A stretch of 61,060 nt of DNA, taken from IMG/VR virus record IMGVR_UViG_3300032257_000012, positions 1 to 61,060 of that record. The stretch is one strand, 5' to 3'. Within the stretch, counting starts at the first letter, position 1. The number at the start of each line of letters is the position of its first letter. Positions 28,447 to 38,074 of the stretch are shown in pieces. The stretch is from a virus. Lineage: Duplodnaviria > Caudoviricetes. The notes beneath the pieces were generated by a model. It was not told the origin of the DNA. It saw only the letters and a list, made by a program, of their open reading frames with translations, and did no database searches. The translations under genes were made by a program, and so were the position numbers.

Positions 28447-30744
28447 CTATCCTACCTTTAATCCGGTTACGTTGCCGCTTCGTATTTCTTCATCAATACG
28501 CTGTAATAATCTTCGTACCCCACGACTACTAACCAACTCGTCCTCGTCGTCTGCTAGATTCACCGTCACCTCAGTGCCCGACGCTGCGGCGCCCTCGAAG
28601 GTAGGCTGTGACACAGAAGATGGGCCACTTACTCCGCCTCCAGAACCCCTAGACCCTGCGCCCGTCGATCCACCAGAACTTCCATAGGTAGTGGCGGCGA
28701 TAGAGGCTACATTAGCCGCCGTCGCTATGCCTGTAGCAATGGCAAGTGGGAAGCCACCTTCCGCATATGCTTTCTGGACCGCTAAATATCCTTCTACTAG
28801 TGCAATAGATCCCGTCGTCGCCTTCGCAACATTAAATCTTCCACGCCCTTCGTTTTGGGCTAACCCCATAATCGTGGAAGATGCAGACGCAAGCTGTGAA
28901 ACAATGGCTTGGCTTGATGCAATTTCGATGCTTCTAAGTTGTTTGGCCGATTTTGATTTAATCGCAGCTATCGCCTGCGCCCCTTGCGCCTCCGAGGTTT
29001 GCTTTCTACGCACGGCCTCTTCAACAATCGCAATCTCTTCCTCTTTTGCCCTATTTATGGCCTCTACTTCATTGTCGAGAGAGGAAACCAGCGCATCGAA
29101 ATTTTCTTTCGCCGCGTCGTCGAGCATTTTTTTCTTATCATCTATTGCTTTTTTCGCCTTCTCAGCTTCGATTTCTTCTTTAGTTTTGAAATCTCCAGGG
29201 TCCGGCGCTAGCTCCAATTTTATAGCATCGAAAGCGTCCGCAGATATCTTCCCTTCGTCGAGTTTCTTCTTGAAAATGGCTATCGCTTCGGCGGATTCGC
29301 GGAACGCCGCTTCGACGGGGAAGATCTTATCTAATAGTCGTTGGTAGGTTGCTTCGTCTTTTTTAAGCTGTGCGGCCGCTTTTTTCCTTGCGGCTTCCGC
29401 TTCTTCTTCAGCATCCACCTCTTTTTGAAGCGCGGCGATACGTCGTCGCTGCGCTTCCTTGGTGCGCTCTTCCGCGCCTTCTAGAAACTCAAGTGCGGCC
29501 GTAGCTCCTTTCAAACTTTGGCGGAGCCTTGGAAGTTCTTTGTTTGCTCGCGCAACTCGCGTCACGAATCCTGGGAGGGTGGAGTCTCCTAACACACTTA
29601 TTGCGGATTCATTTTCTTCGATGGATTGGGTGAGCAGCCCAATGTCTATTTTCAACTCTTGGACTTGGCGGGTGTCACTCACTGCCACCCCATATTCTTT
29701 TAGTCGGGCAATAAGATGGTCTGCGGCGTTTGCTTGGTCTTCTATGTTTGTGGAGGTAGTGCCGAGTGCGATTCCCCAGCTTGCAAGCTGTTGTAGGTTT
29801 GGCTGTACGAGATCTTGAAAGGTTTTCACCTTCGCCGACATAGCCTCTAGTGGTGCGAGTATTTCTAAGATTTTATCTGATGCGAACCCTAGCACAACTG
29901 AGACGGCTTTTAGTGCGTCGGATTTTCCGAGCTGGATCATCAACCGTTCCCAGCGCTCGCCGAGAGTGTCTACCACCCCCGCGAATCCAGACGCAGCCTG
30001 GGTGGCGACGCCCCCAACTTGCCCTGCTACTACGTCGAGGATGACGCTTTGGGCTTCTTGTAGTCGGTTTGTTTTCTCTAACAGTTTAATTAAGTTTTCT
30101 TGTTCCGCAGAAAACGACACACCTTGTCGTGTGAGAGACTTCAATCCTTTGCTTGGGAGTTCTAATACCTTAGCAAGCTGTGTTGCTGCGTTGGTTACTG
30201 TTCCAAACCCGGTGCTTGCTAGATCTTGTGCAGCTCTTAGGGTTTGGTCGAAAGCATCTCCAGTGATGCTTTTGAAAGTCAGTACTTTGGTGGCAGCCCT
30301 CTCAATCTCTGACGTAGATGCAAGTGTAGCCTCGCCAATGTCTCTAGCCAACACCTGAATGTCTTCCACCGTTTTGCCAGCCGCGCCCCCTGTGGCTTTT
30401 AGGACGCCTTCCATCGCACCTAGCCTAACTTCGGCCTCGCTCACCGCATTCGACACGTTGCGGAATCCAGCAGCGACACCCGCCATGGTGACGGATAACA
30501 GCGCCGCAGCCAGGTTCCCCTTCTCCACCAACGTAGTAAAAGAGTTTATCCTACCTGCCACACTCCCTAGCGGCCCGTCGAGGACTGCTACGGAGGTTGC
30601 CATCCTTCGTAGGTTAGCAACAAAAGAGCTCGACGTTTTCTTGGTAGTTTTTTTCACCCTATTAACCACGTTAGCTGCGCGATTAATATTTTTCACAAAA
30701 TCGGCAACGTCGGCAGTAAGTTGTACGTCAATTCGTTCCGTCAT
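28447..30744 (-). CDS. tape measure protein
   Basis: 765 aa, Ala-rich and helical; QLAKVLELP..GLKSLTRQGVSFS; follows the chaperone genes. Confidence 0.9.
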   Translation of the reverse strand: MTERIDVQLTADVADFVKNINRAANVVNRVKKTTKKTSSSFVANLRRMATSVAVLDGPLGSVAGRINSFTTLVEKGNLAAALLSVTMAGVAAGFRNVSNAVSEAEVRLGAMEGVLKATGGAAGKTVEDIQVLARDIGEATLASTSEIERAATKVLTFKSITGDAFDQTLRAAQDLASTGFGTVTNAATQLAKVLELPSKGLKSLTRQGVSFSAEQENLIKLLEKTNRLQEAQSVILDVVAGQVGGVATQAASGFAGVVDTLGERWERLMIQLGKSDALKAVSVVLGFASDKILEILAPLEAMSAKVKTFQDLVQPNLQQLASWGIALGTTSTNIEDQANAADHLIARLKEYGVAVSDTRQVQELKIDIGLLTQSIEENESAISVLGDSTLPGFVTRVARANKELPRLRQSLKGATAALEFLEGAEERTKEAQRRRIAALQKEVDAEEEAEAARKKAAAQLKKDEATYQRLLDKIFPVEAAFRESAEAIAIFKKKLDEGKISADAFDAIKLELAPDPGDFKTKEEIEAEKAKKAIDDKKKMLDDAAKENFDALVSSLDNEVEAINRAKEEEIAIVEEAVRRKQTSEAQGAQAIAAIKSKSAKQLRSIEIASSQAIVSQLASASSTIMGLAQNEGRGRFNVAKATTGSIALVEGYLAVQKAYAEGGFPLAIATGIATAANVASIAATTYGSSGGSTGAGSRGSGGGVSGPSSVSQPTFEGAAASGTEVTVNLADDEDELVSSRGVRRLLQRIDEEIRSGNVTGLKVG

Positions 30745-31354
30745 TTCTTGAGCTTCCTTTTCAATTCCTCAAACTCAGATCTGTCCATCGTCTCCGCAGG
30801 TTTGACAGGTGCGTTCGATTTGCGGATGCCCTCATTTGCCGCCAACAATTCGTGTTGGGTGGACTTCCAGAAAGTATCTGGCGTCCACTTCAACACTCCC
30901 AGCGCAAATTCTAGGTGGGGGGTGAAGTTGGTATGGTCGAGGGCTTGTGCTTTTTTGCCTCTTCAAGCTCTTTATCGGTGGGGGCCGTCTCTTCCTGCGC
31001 TAGGTCGCTTCCAAGTACGGCGTTCGTTAGTAACATTGTGAGCGTACTAAGAGACCCTTCATCATCCGCCTTCATACCTTGGGTTAAGACGATCCCTGGA
31101 CCATCTTTGAAGATCATTTGTTGGATGTCTTTGAGAGACAGTTTAGTGGTTGGGTCCGCTGCCTTGTGCGCGGTATACACTAACGCTGCCACGTGATCAA
31201 TTGGAACGTCGCCATTTAGGCATTTGCCATACACCTTGAGAAGCGAAGTTCCGGCTAGTGCCTCAAAATGCACCATCATTTCATACGTGGGGCGAAGCAC
31301 TAATTGCTGCCCGCCCAATTCCAACATTACTTCGCCGCGCTGTTTGTTATGCAT
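30741..31354 (-). CDS. tail assembly chaperone (30911-31354) with a -1 frameshift extension to 30741
   Basis: Slippery A AAA AAG at 30950-30956 (minus strand). The -1 frame reads ...FALGVLKWTPDTFWKSTQHEL...* and ends in an ATGA overlap with the tape measure start. Confidence 0.85.
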
Positions 31355-31362
31355 AAAATCCT

Positions 31363-31776
31363 CTAATTTCTAGTAAGCGTAACCTGTCCTGAACTAGACA
31401 TTGATGCGCTAAATGTTTGTTCTCCAAGATGTTCCCCGCCGTACTCAAAAGAGTTTACGAGGAAAAATCCTTGGATTTCATCTAAATTTTCGAAAATCAA
31501 TTTGAACTCGCGCAAGGTTCCATCGAACGCCAAATCTTCCAAAGTATTCGCGCCGAGCACGTCATCTTGGAATACCCCAGAACCACTTAGAGATACGGCA
31601 CGGGCGCCCGTGTCACCAAGCAACGTCGTCCACGGCGCCTCGTCGGAGGTTGTGATGTCAACACCATCGTTGGTTATTGACAACGTTCTTGATCGAATCC
31701 CAGCGACAGTGGTAAACACTGGGCTACCGCCGCCATCTGAAACCTGTACCAAAATATTTCTTCCCTTTTGCGCCAT
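31363..31776 (-). CDS. major tail tube protein (TP901-1/GTA-like)
   Basis: MAQKGRNILVQV...VAGIRSRTLSI...VDIT...SLSGSGVF...FEYGGEH. Confidence 0.9.
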   Translation of the reverse strand: MAQKGRNILVQVSDGGGSPVFTTVAGIRSRTLSITNDGVDITTSDEAPWTTLLGDTGARAVSLSGSGVFQDDVLGANTLEDLAFDGTLREFKLIFENLDEIQGFFLVNSFEYGGEHLGEQTFSASMSSSGQVTLTRN

Positions 31777-31804
31777 GGTATAAACTCCTTAATGTATGGA
31801 AATA

Positions 31805-32146
31805 TTAACTCTTGATTGTAATCAACTTGGTGAGTGTTGTATAGTTTATTGTCGGTAGTAATCGTCCTGGATATTTTCTACTAACCCATTTCCCACCTAC
31901 CACCTCTACTTTTGTCTTCTCAAACGCCAACAACACCTCCCTAATACCCGCCAATCCATAGCATTTTCTTAGACGTGGGTTGTTGTTTACTAAATATTCT
32001 ACGGTACAACACTCTTTACAAGCAGCATCGAGTTCTTTTATTAGTATATTTTTCGGTAAATTTGTCTGCAAATATTCGTGTACGTTCTTTCTGGACACAT
32101 ATCCGGGGGGAATTTCTGCGTAGTAATTTTGTATCGTATTATCCAT
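31805..32146 (-). CDS. hypothetical protein, AT-rich insert
   Basis: ORF track. Confidence 0.45.
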   Translation of the reverse strand: MDNTIQNYYAEIPPGYVSRKNVHEYLQTNLPKNILIKELDAACKECCTVEYLVNNNPRLRKCYGLAGIREVLLAFEKTKVEVVGGKWVSRKYPGRLLPTINYTTLTKLITIKS

Positions 32147-32525
32147 TTTTCATCGTCTTAAAGTTAAGCACGAGTTCTGGGCGATTATCTTGTGCGTCGG
32201 AACGGAGGAACATGGGGGCAGAATCAATGGGGTAGATGTAGGTGTACCCTGCGATGTTTGCATTGTTTAGGATCGTCATTATTTCATCCATTTTTATTTG
32301 CAGCTCCTGTAGCCCAAACGCTACCCCGCGAGCACGCACTTGAAACTCTGGATATGAGTTGGTAGTCACTGTCGATTGGTCGGGGGGTATTCCAGGGCTT
32401 TGTATCAATGTGACACATTTATCCGGGGTTGGGGGCTGATATTCCTCAAAACAAGCCCAACCGCTCACCCCATCGACTGCGCCGTTTGTTGACAAATGCG
32501 TTAATATGTCTGCTAAAAATGCCAT
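32139..32525 (-). CDS. tail terminator/completion protein
   Basis: Position; PxxPD..V, YPEFQVRARG, DNRPELVLNF. Confidence 0.7.
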   Translation of the reverse strand: MAFLADILTHLSTNGAVDGVSGWACFEEYQPPTPDKCVTLIQSPGIPPDQSTVTTNSYPEFQVRARGVAFGLQELQIKMDEIMTILNNANIAGYTYIYPIDSAPMFLRSDAQDNRPELVLNFKTMKNG

Positions 32526-32528
32526 ACA

Positions 32529-32909
32529 TCACCCCGTGTTGGTAAATGCCATTCTCATGGCCTTTGTCAGATCCTCTAGCAATATTCTTTGATTCCGTCG
32601 CAGCGGTATTACTAAGTACTTGGCTTGTCCATTGCGATGTATAACAAACAGATCCTCATGTACTGCTAGCGCGTAGTCAACTTTGTCATTCCCAAATGAG
32701 ATGGTCACTACGCGCTTGCTTCCTTCCTTGGTCAACGCCACCCGTCCACTGTCATGTAGTGCGCCAGTATCAATTGGCACTAAATCTTTAGCTTCTGTTA
32801 AGATTTTGTTGGCAGACTTTAGTAATTGTCTGTCCATTTCAAAGGGTATTTTTCGGGCAGCTCTCCCAAGAAATGCCTTAAACTTGTCAAGCCCTTTGAA
32901 TTTTATCAT
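32529..32909 (-). CDS. HK97 gp10-like neck protein
   Basis: VPIDTGALHDSG...YALAVHE...QAKYL. Confidence 0.8.
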   Translation of the reverse strand: MIKFKGLDKFKAFLGRAARKIPFEMDRQLLKSANKILTEAKDLVPIDTGALHDSGRVALTKEGSKRVVTISFGNDKVDYALAVHEDLFVIHRNGQAKYLVIPLRRNQRILLEDLTKAMRMAFTNTG

Positions 32910-33223
32910 TATCCGAACATTATTTTTGTGTGGCTGAAGCCAGTTTCATCGTGAAATTCGTCGGCGGAGAGGATCGGTGGGGTAGTGCCGTCTGGAAGTG
33001 TTATCTGGTCCACTTCTTGTACGTCGGCGGCGCCACACCAAATCATTCCTTTGGCCAATTTCTCGCTCCCGTCGCTGCGTCGTATCAGAGTGCGCTTATA
33101 TATAACCCGCGCAGGATACGATACCGCCGTTCCGTAGGTTGGGGCAGAGTATTTATCCCTTGATGCAAATGGCGCTATAGTTATCGACGCAGCGGCGCAG
33201 TCCGTGAATTCATCAAAAAACAT
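32909..33223 (-). CDS. head closure protein
   Basis: Position; DKYSAPTYG...QITLPDG. Confidence 0.65.
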   Translation of the reverse strand: MFFDEFTDCAAASITIAPFASRDKYSAPTYGTAVSYPARVIYKRTLIRRSDGSEKLAKGMIWCGAADVQEVDQITLPDGTTPPILSADEFHDETGFSHTKIMFG

Positions 33224-33287
33224 AATGCACCTTCATGCGGTTTTAATTGCTTGATTATAACATTATTACAACACTTAAAACAGAGGG

Positions 33288-33674
33288 CTAAGAAACCTTA
33301 AACGTTGGTTTTACAAGATCAGCGGTATTTTCTACAGTTTTTTTGCGGCTGACAGAAATTCCGCCCGCGTAGGGTCCGGCGAGAGCGACGTTCGCACGGT
33401 CCTCAAGGGTTTGTAGTACCTCTAAATAATTCTTGTACCTGGTGGACGCAGAGATCTTTAGATCGCCAACTTGCTTATCGACCTCTCGACCGAGCTTCAT
33501 TGCGATGGATTTTGCGACAACGACGGCTGCAAGCAGCGTCGTCGCTTCGGTGCCCAGCACATAGAGAATTTCCTCATCCTGTACCAATGGGGTGGTTGTG
33601 GTTGTGTCTCCGATTAGGAAGCGTACTTCGTCCACCGGGGTATCTCGGGGATCATGTGTGTACGACCATGTCAC
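33288..33674 (-). CDS. head-tail adaptor protein
   Basis: MTWSY..DP....DEVRFLIGDT.....QDEEI. Confidence 0.75.
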   Translation of the reverse strand: MTWSYTHDPRDTPVDEVRFLIGDTTTTTPLVQDEEILYVLGTEATTLLAAVVVAKSIAMKLGREVDKQVGDLKISASTRYKNYLEVLQTLEDRANVALAGPYAGGISVSRKKTVENTADLVKPTFKVS

Positions 33675-33889
33675 AAATGGTTTCTCCTATTGTCGTAAGT
33701 GTGTGGTAATTTTATCTTGGTATATTTTAGCACTATACCACAACAAAGGAAATATATAATGTCAGCAGCAATGCGCCTTGTCAATATTAAAATAAATTAT
33801 CTTTTCACTTGTCTCGCAAGACGCATGGCGCTAATATTGTTTCCGTAGCAACAAGAAACACAATTTAATGACCACAATGGAGAAACGAA

Positions 33890-34696
33890 ATGAAGTCCCC
33901 TGAAGAACTATCAGAAAACAAGTTGATGACAATTGGAGGGTATACCACGAGGGAAATAGTTTGGTTTTCATGCGGGGTGGCGTCTGCTGTTGCTGCAAAG
34001 TTAGCTTCTGAGCAATACCCCAATTGCGAAATAGTTTATTGCGATACTTTAAAATATGAACATTCTGATAATGCTAGGTTTATGAAAGATGTTGAAAAAT
34101 GGACGGGTAAGGAAATAAAAATAATAAAATCAGAAAAGTTTAACGACATTTATGATGTCTTTAATAGGACTAAGTGGTTGGCAGGGGTAGCTGGGGCTAG
34201 ATGCACTCTTGAGTTAAAATCCAGGGTTAGAAAAGCTTACCAGGAAGTTGGTGATTTGCATATATTCGGGCTTACTTTTGATGAGCAAAAAAGAATAGAT
34301 CGTTTCGAAAGATCCAATCAAGATATTGAACTTTGCTGGATTCTAAAAGAAGCAGGTGTGACAAAATCTGATTGCTATAATATTATTCGTAATGCTTGCA
34401 TTGAAATTCCGGCAATGTATAAGCTTGGGTACAATAACAACAATTGCATTGGATGTGTAAAAGGAGGGGCAGGGTATTGGAATAAGATTAGAACTGACTT
34501 CCCTGATACTTTCGAGAGGATGTCAAAAATGGAGCGAACATTAAATGTTGCAATAAATAAATCATATGCAGGAGACGGAAAAAGGAAAAGAGTATTTCTT
34601 GATGAGCTTCCTGTAGATGCAGGTCGGTTCAGTAAGAATGAAGACATAGAGTGCGGCGTCATGTGTATTAACCCGACGTTAGATTTAACTGGCTAG
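33890..34696 (+). CDS. PAPS-reductase-like (adenine nucleotide alpha hydrolase) protein
   Basis: WFSCGVASA PP-loop variant, HSDNARF, GYNNNNCIGCVKGG; noticeably AT-rich; own promoter-like TTGTCT-N17-TAATAT at 33809-33837. Confidence 0.8.
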   Translation: MKSPEELSENKLMTIGGYTTREIVWFSCGVASAVAAKLASEQYPNCEIVYCDTLKYEHSDNARFMKDVEKWTGKEIKIIKSEKFNDIYDVFNRTKWLAGVAGARCTLELKSRVRKAYQEVGDLHIFGLTFDEQKRIDRFERSNQDIELCWILKEAGVTKSDCYNIIRNACIEIPAMYKLGYNNNNCIGCVKGGAGYWNKIRTDFPDTFERMSKMERTLNVAINKSYAGDGKRKRVFLDELPVDAGRFSKNEDIECGVMCINPTLDLTG

Positions 34697-34713
34697 AAAT
34701 TTGGAGAAACGAA

Positions 34714-34932
34714 ATGAAACTTACACTTATTAGATATAAAGAGGAAAAGCAGCCAGGAACAGGCGACGTGGTAACTCCAGGGTTGGTTAGCGCCGATATT
34801 GATGGCGCTAACCCTATTGATTTAGTTACGCTTGAGGCCGCATGGTATAACAATAAACGTGGGATTTCATGCTTGCCACCGGGGTATCTCGGGGGTCTCC
34901 ACTATATGTCCAGGTCATGTGCCGGTCCTTAA
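34714..34932 (+). pseudogene. truncated DUF5675-like gene fragment
   Basis: LTLIR...TLEAAWYNNKRGISCLPPG matches the N-half of 8660-9148 and breaks at the 19-bp repeat. Confidence 0.6.
34876..34918 (-). pseudogene. orphan second 5' end of the head-tail adaptor gene
   Basis: AAGGA RBS then MTWTYSGDPRDTPV versus MTWSYTHDPRDTPV at 33674; 19 bp identical (33632-33650 = 34876-34894). Confidence 0.75.
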
Positions 34933-34988
34933 TGTTGGTTTAATTGTTTGATTATACCATGTTTGTTCTACTTAATTTGGAGAAATTT

Positions 34989-35357
34989 ATGAGCGAAGAA
35001 TACCCGTTGTACCCAAGTCTTTCTGAGCAAGGAAAAGTTGAAGCGCAGAGAATAATGGACAGCTTTAAGCCCAAAATATCCGCGATGATTGAGGATTTGA
35101 TGCGGGAATTGTACATGGATGTGAGTTTTTACGTTGAAAGTGATCATTGGTGCAACTATAGAAATGCACTTATGGACGGCCTCAAAGGATATGGAGACGG
35201 TGGGAGTGCGCACGCCAGCGAGTTTAAAGAGCTTAGGCAAGCTATCTACACCGCCAACAAAGATGAGATCAATAAAGATTTGAACCAAGACCTTGTGAAG
35301 GAGAATGCCGCCTTAGAGCAGCGGATACGAGATATGGAAAGCACGCTTTGGAGATAG
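34989..35357 (+). CDS. hypothetical protein
   Basis: GGAG RBS; ORF track. Confidence 0.6.
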   Translation: MSEEYPLYPSLSEQGKVEAQRIMDSFKPKISAMIEDLMRELYMDVSFYVESDHWCNYRNALMDGLKGYGDGGSAHASEFKELRQAIYTANKDEINKDLNQDLVKENAALEQRIRDMESTLWR

Positions 35358-35386
35358 CCCCCAACACTAAACATTTGGAGAAATTT

Positions 35387-35644
35387 ATGTCCGTACTACA
35401 AGCTGTTTCAATTTTATCGCCACTATCTAGCCAGGAGTTGTCCATTTTAACAGGGATTCACGATAGGTACACCGGTATGGAGATCGCCGACAAGATGTGT
35501 CTCTCCCCCAAGACAGTATGTACCTATCGGTATCGTATGTACGCCAAACTCGTGGTGCGTACCGACGCTGCTGCTGCGGTACTTTATGCACGTCGTCTCG
35601 TCGGGGCGGGGAAATCTCTTGTTGACGTTGTGCCTATTTGTTGA
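35387..35644 (+). CDS. stand-alone LuxR-type HTH resembling the GacA/UvrY C-terminal domain
   Basis: LSSQEL...EIADKMCLSPKTVCTYRYRMYAKL; no receiver domain. Confidence 0.8.
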   Translation: MSVLQAVSILSPLSSQELSILTGIHDRYTGMEIADKMCLSPKTVCTYRYRMYAKLVVRTDAAAAVLYARRLVGAGKSLVDVVPIC

Positions 35645-35680
35645 TATATTGATCACTCTATCACTTACTAGGAAATTTAC

Positions 35681-36304
35681 ATGGAAAACTACGTTTCGCC
35701 TACCCAAGAGATATCCACTACTACAACTTTGGAAATCGCAAAAGGAGTGGGGACTAACCATAAATATGTAATGGCATTACTCGACAAATACCGAGAAGGA
35801 CAAAACTTTCTAAATGCGCCATGTGAAATATTGACGAAGAAAACGGCGTCCGGCGGAGGGCGCCCGACGCGGTATGCCGTTCTCACAGAGCCGCAAACAA
35901 GTTTCTTACTTATGTTAATGGCCAATTCTCCTGCGGTTATGGAGTTTAAACGAAAATTTATGGAAAACTTTCGTAGGGTAGGGGGGAGGGTGGGTATGCC
36001 GGTTGTGTTTGGAGAGGTGTCCGAGCGGGTTGGGCATCTTTATGTTTTGGAAAACCCAACAAACAGCCTATGTAAAATAGGTCGGTCGGTAAATCCAGAA
36101 GTTCGCATGTCCGGAATTGCCACCCAGGCTGGATTCTCCCCCACTAGGACGTGGATCTCCCCTCCGCTGCTGGAATATGGAAAATTCGAAGCGCTACTTC
36201 TACTTGCATTTGAAGATTGTCGTGGCGTTGGTGAGTGGGTGGTTGCTGATTTCGACGCTGTTGTCAAAAAGGGCGTCGAAATCAGCAAGCAGTTTGTTGT
36301 GTAG
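35681..36304 (+). CDS. Rha-like N-terminus fused to a GIY-YIG (T5orf172-like) domain
   Basis: TTLEIAKGVGTNHKYV...GGRPTRYAVLTEPQ, then LYVLEN...CKIGRSVNPEVR; promoter TTGACG-N17-TATATT at 35622-35650. Confidence 0.75.
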   Translation: MENYVSPTQEISTTTTLEIAKGVGTNHKYVMALLDKYREGQNFLNAPCEILTKKTASGGGRPTRYAVLTEPQTSFLLMLMANSPAVMEFKRKFMENFRRVGGRVGMPVVFGEVSERVGHLYVLENPTNSLCKIGRSVNPEVRMSGIATQAGFSPTRTWISPPLLEYGKFEALLLLAFEDCRGVGEWVVADFDAVVKKGVEISKQFVV

Positions 36305-36372
36305 AAACTTTGATACCAGCTCTACCGGTGTGATTCAAAAGAGAAAGCCCCCCGCAATAGGGGGCTCAATCC

Positions 36373-36624
36373 CTACTCTTCTGTCGCAGCTTCGGCTTTA
36401 GGTTTCTTTCCGCGTCTAAAAGTAGGCGCCTCCGCAACGGGGGGTGCTACCGGGTCAGGGGTCGAAATCGGGGTGACTACAATATCCCCCCGTGCGACCA
36501 TACATTTCAGATTGGTAGGGTGGATTTTTGATAAAACATCATCAACAATCACCATGCCAGGCTTGTACGGTTTCCCGTGGATCGTTAAGATCCGACGGGC
36601 CGTGTGCTCATACGAAATCGCCAT
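36373..36624 (-). CDS. small head-associated protein
   Basis: Immediately after the major capsid gene. Confidence 0.55.
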   Translation of the reverse strand: MAISYEHTARRILTIHGKPYKPGMVIVDDVLSKIHPTNLKCMVARGDIVVTPISTPDPVAPPVAEAPTFRRGKKPKAEAATEE

Positions 36625-36625
36625 A

Positions 36626-37600
36626 CTACGCTACCGCAGATGCGAAGAAGTATCCTAAGTCAGCGCCTACAACTTTATCAACATAGGCATACTCTCCTTC
36701 GATACGGTCGGATTTCAAATGCTCCATTGGGAAGTTGCGCATTGCAACCCCTGGCGTACCTTGGCCAGAAATGCCAGACCAAACAAACGTGTAGCCAGCC
36801 GCAGGCTCCATCAATCCAGCCGAAGCCGGGGAGTACGTCAACAGTGCGTTGTTGCCCGCCACCATTGCGTTAGCGACCGTTACACCTTTGGGAGATGTCA
36901 CGTAACTTGCTTTGGAGACTAAGATCTCGCCGATATCCAAGAACTTAGCAATCATATCAGTCGTAATAGACTCCGAAGAAGTGTATTTGAACTGGTCCCG
37001 GATAAGGGGGTGGTTGGTTAATGTTTGGAACACTTTGAAACCGAGGGTCAGTTTGTTCGGCTCAAACCCAGTCTCTAACAGGAATTGAAACTTGGCCGCG
37101 TCGATGTCCGCTTTAGGATCACTTGCGCCATCGTTCCATTGTAAGAATTGCCCAGCACCAGGTGCCGCCGCAACGCCGGTCACGTCGGTGGACCATACGC
37201 CAGTGGTGAAGTATTTGGATACCCAAGCACGCTCACGATTCAACAAGAACAAACGAGAAACAAATTCTGTTGCTGTTGATTCCAAATCTAATTGAGGATC
37301 AGAGTTATCAACTAATTCCCAATCAAGATCTTTGTGGTACGCGTAAGTTTGTGTTAAGTACACGTCGGTCGAAATGTCGAACCCGCTGCCCGCAGATTCA
37401 GCTCCGGATTTACGCGGCAACACTAAGTCACGTCGGCCCATTTCCTTTTCGAAAATGTAGTACTCGTCGCTCTTGTGTTCCACTGAGACGGAGGGAAACA
37501 CTCTCTCCGCGATGAAATGCGAATCATCTTGAAGATAGGCGATTGAAATGTTCGTCAATGCCTGGTCAATATGGACACGACGGTTATTTGGTGATGGCAT
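36626..37600 (-). CDS. major capsid protein
   Basis: HIDQALTNISIAY...FIAERVFPSVSV...; 324 aa; AAGGAG RBS; position. Confidence 0.88.
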   Translation of the reverse strand: MPSPNNRRVHIDQALTNISIAYLQDDSHFIAERVFPSVSVEHKSDEYYIFEKEMGRRDLVLPRKSGAESAGSGFDISTDVYLTQTYAYHKDLDWELVDNSDPQLDLESTATEFVSRLFLLNRERAWVSKYFTTGVWSTDVTGVAAAPGAGQFLQWNDGASDPKADIDAAKFQFLLETGFEPNKLTLGFKVFQTLTNHPLIRDQFKYTSSESITTDMIAKFLDIGEILVSKASYVTSPKGVTVANAMVAGNNALLTYSPASAGLMEPAAGYTFVWSGISGQGTPGVAMRNFPMEHLKSDRIEGEYAYVDKVVGADLGYFFASAVA

Positions 37601-37650
37601 TTTAACTACTCCTTAAGTTTAGAGGGGGAGAATATTCTCCCCATTCCGTT

Positions 37651-38043
37651 TTACAATGCGCCTGAATGTGGTTGCATACCGATAGTCACCGCGACATACT
37701 CACCTGCGCCAGCGGCGGGAGTAAGTACCTTACCGCAGATGACATCTGTTGCGGCGGGAGCGTTGTTAGCGACGATAGCGCCGTTCGCGTCGGTGCTCCA
37801 ATAGTCATTGACGGCGAGAACGCCGCCAGCGATGCCACGACTAATGCCGGTCATCATGATGTGGGCACTTTCGCCCGCCCGTGGTTCGTCTTGTAAAATA
37901 GCGAAGACGGCTTCGCTTGCGACGGTGCAGGCAGTAATCTCGCCTGAGTTTGCCGTCAATTTAACACACGTGTATTGGTTGCCCGCCATGTCAGCGTCGG
38001 CAACAAATACGCCCGGTTGAAAACCTGGGATTTCGAATGACAT
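37651..38043 (-). CDS. capsid decoration/cement protein
   Basis: 130 aa, Ala/Gly-rich, between scaffold and capsid genes. Confidence 0.7.
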   Translation of the reverse strand: MSFEIPGFQPGVFVADADMAGNQYTCVKLTANSGEITACTVASEAVFAILQDEPRAGESAHIMMTGISRGIAGGVLAVNDYWSTDANGAIVANNAPAATDVICGKVLTPAAGAGEYVAVTIGMQPHSGAL

Positions 38044-38074
38044 TGCTTTACTCCTTTAAAGTTGTTGCTTCCAG

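Noticed and set aside
24395-36940. Other GCCGATA occurrences (about 24401 and 36930) as sigma28 promoters
   Set aside because: Inside coding regions, not upstream of a co-oriented gene, and without a convincing -35 element.
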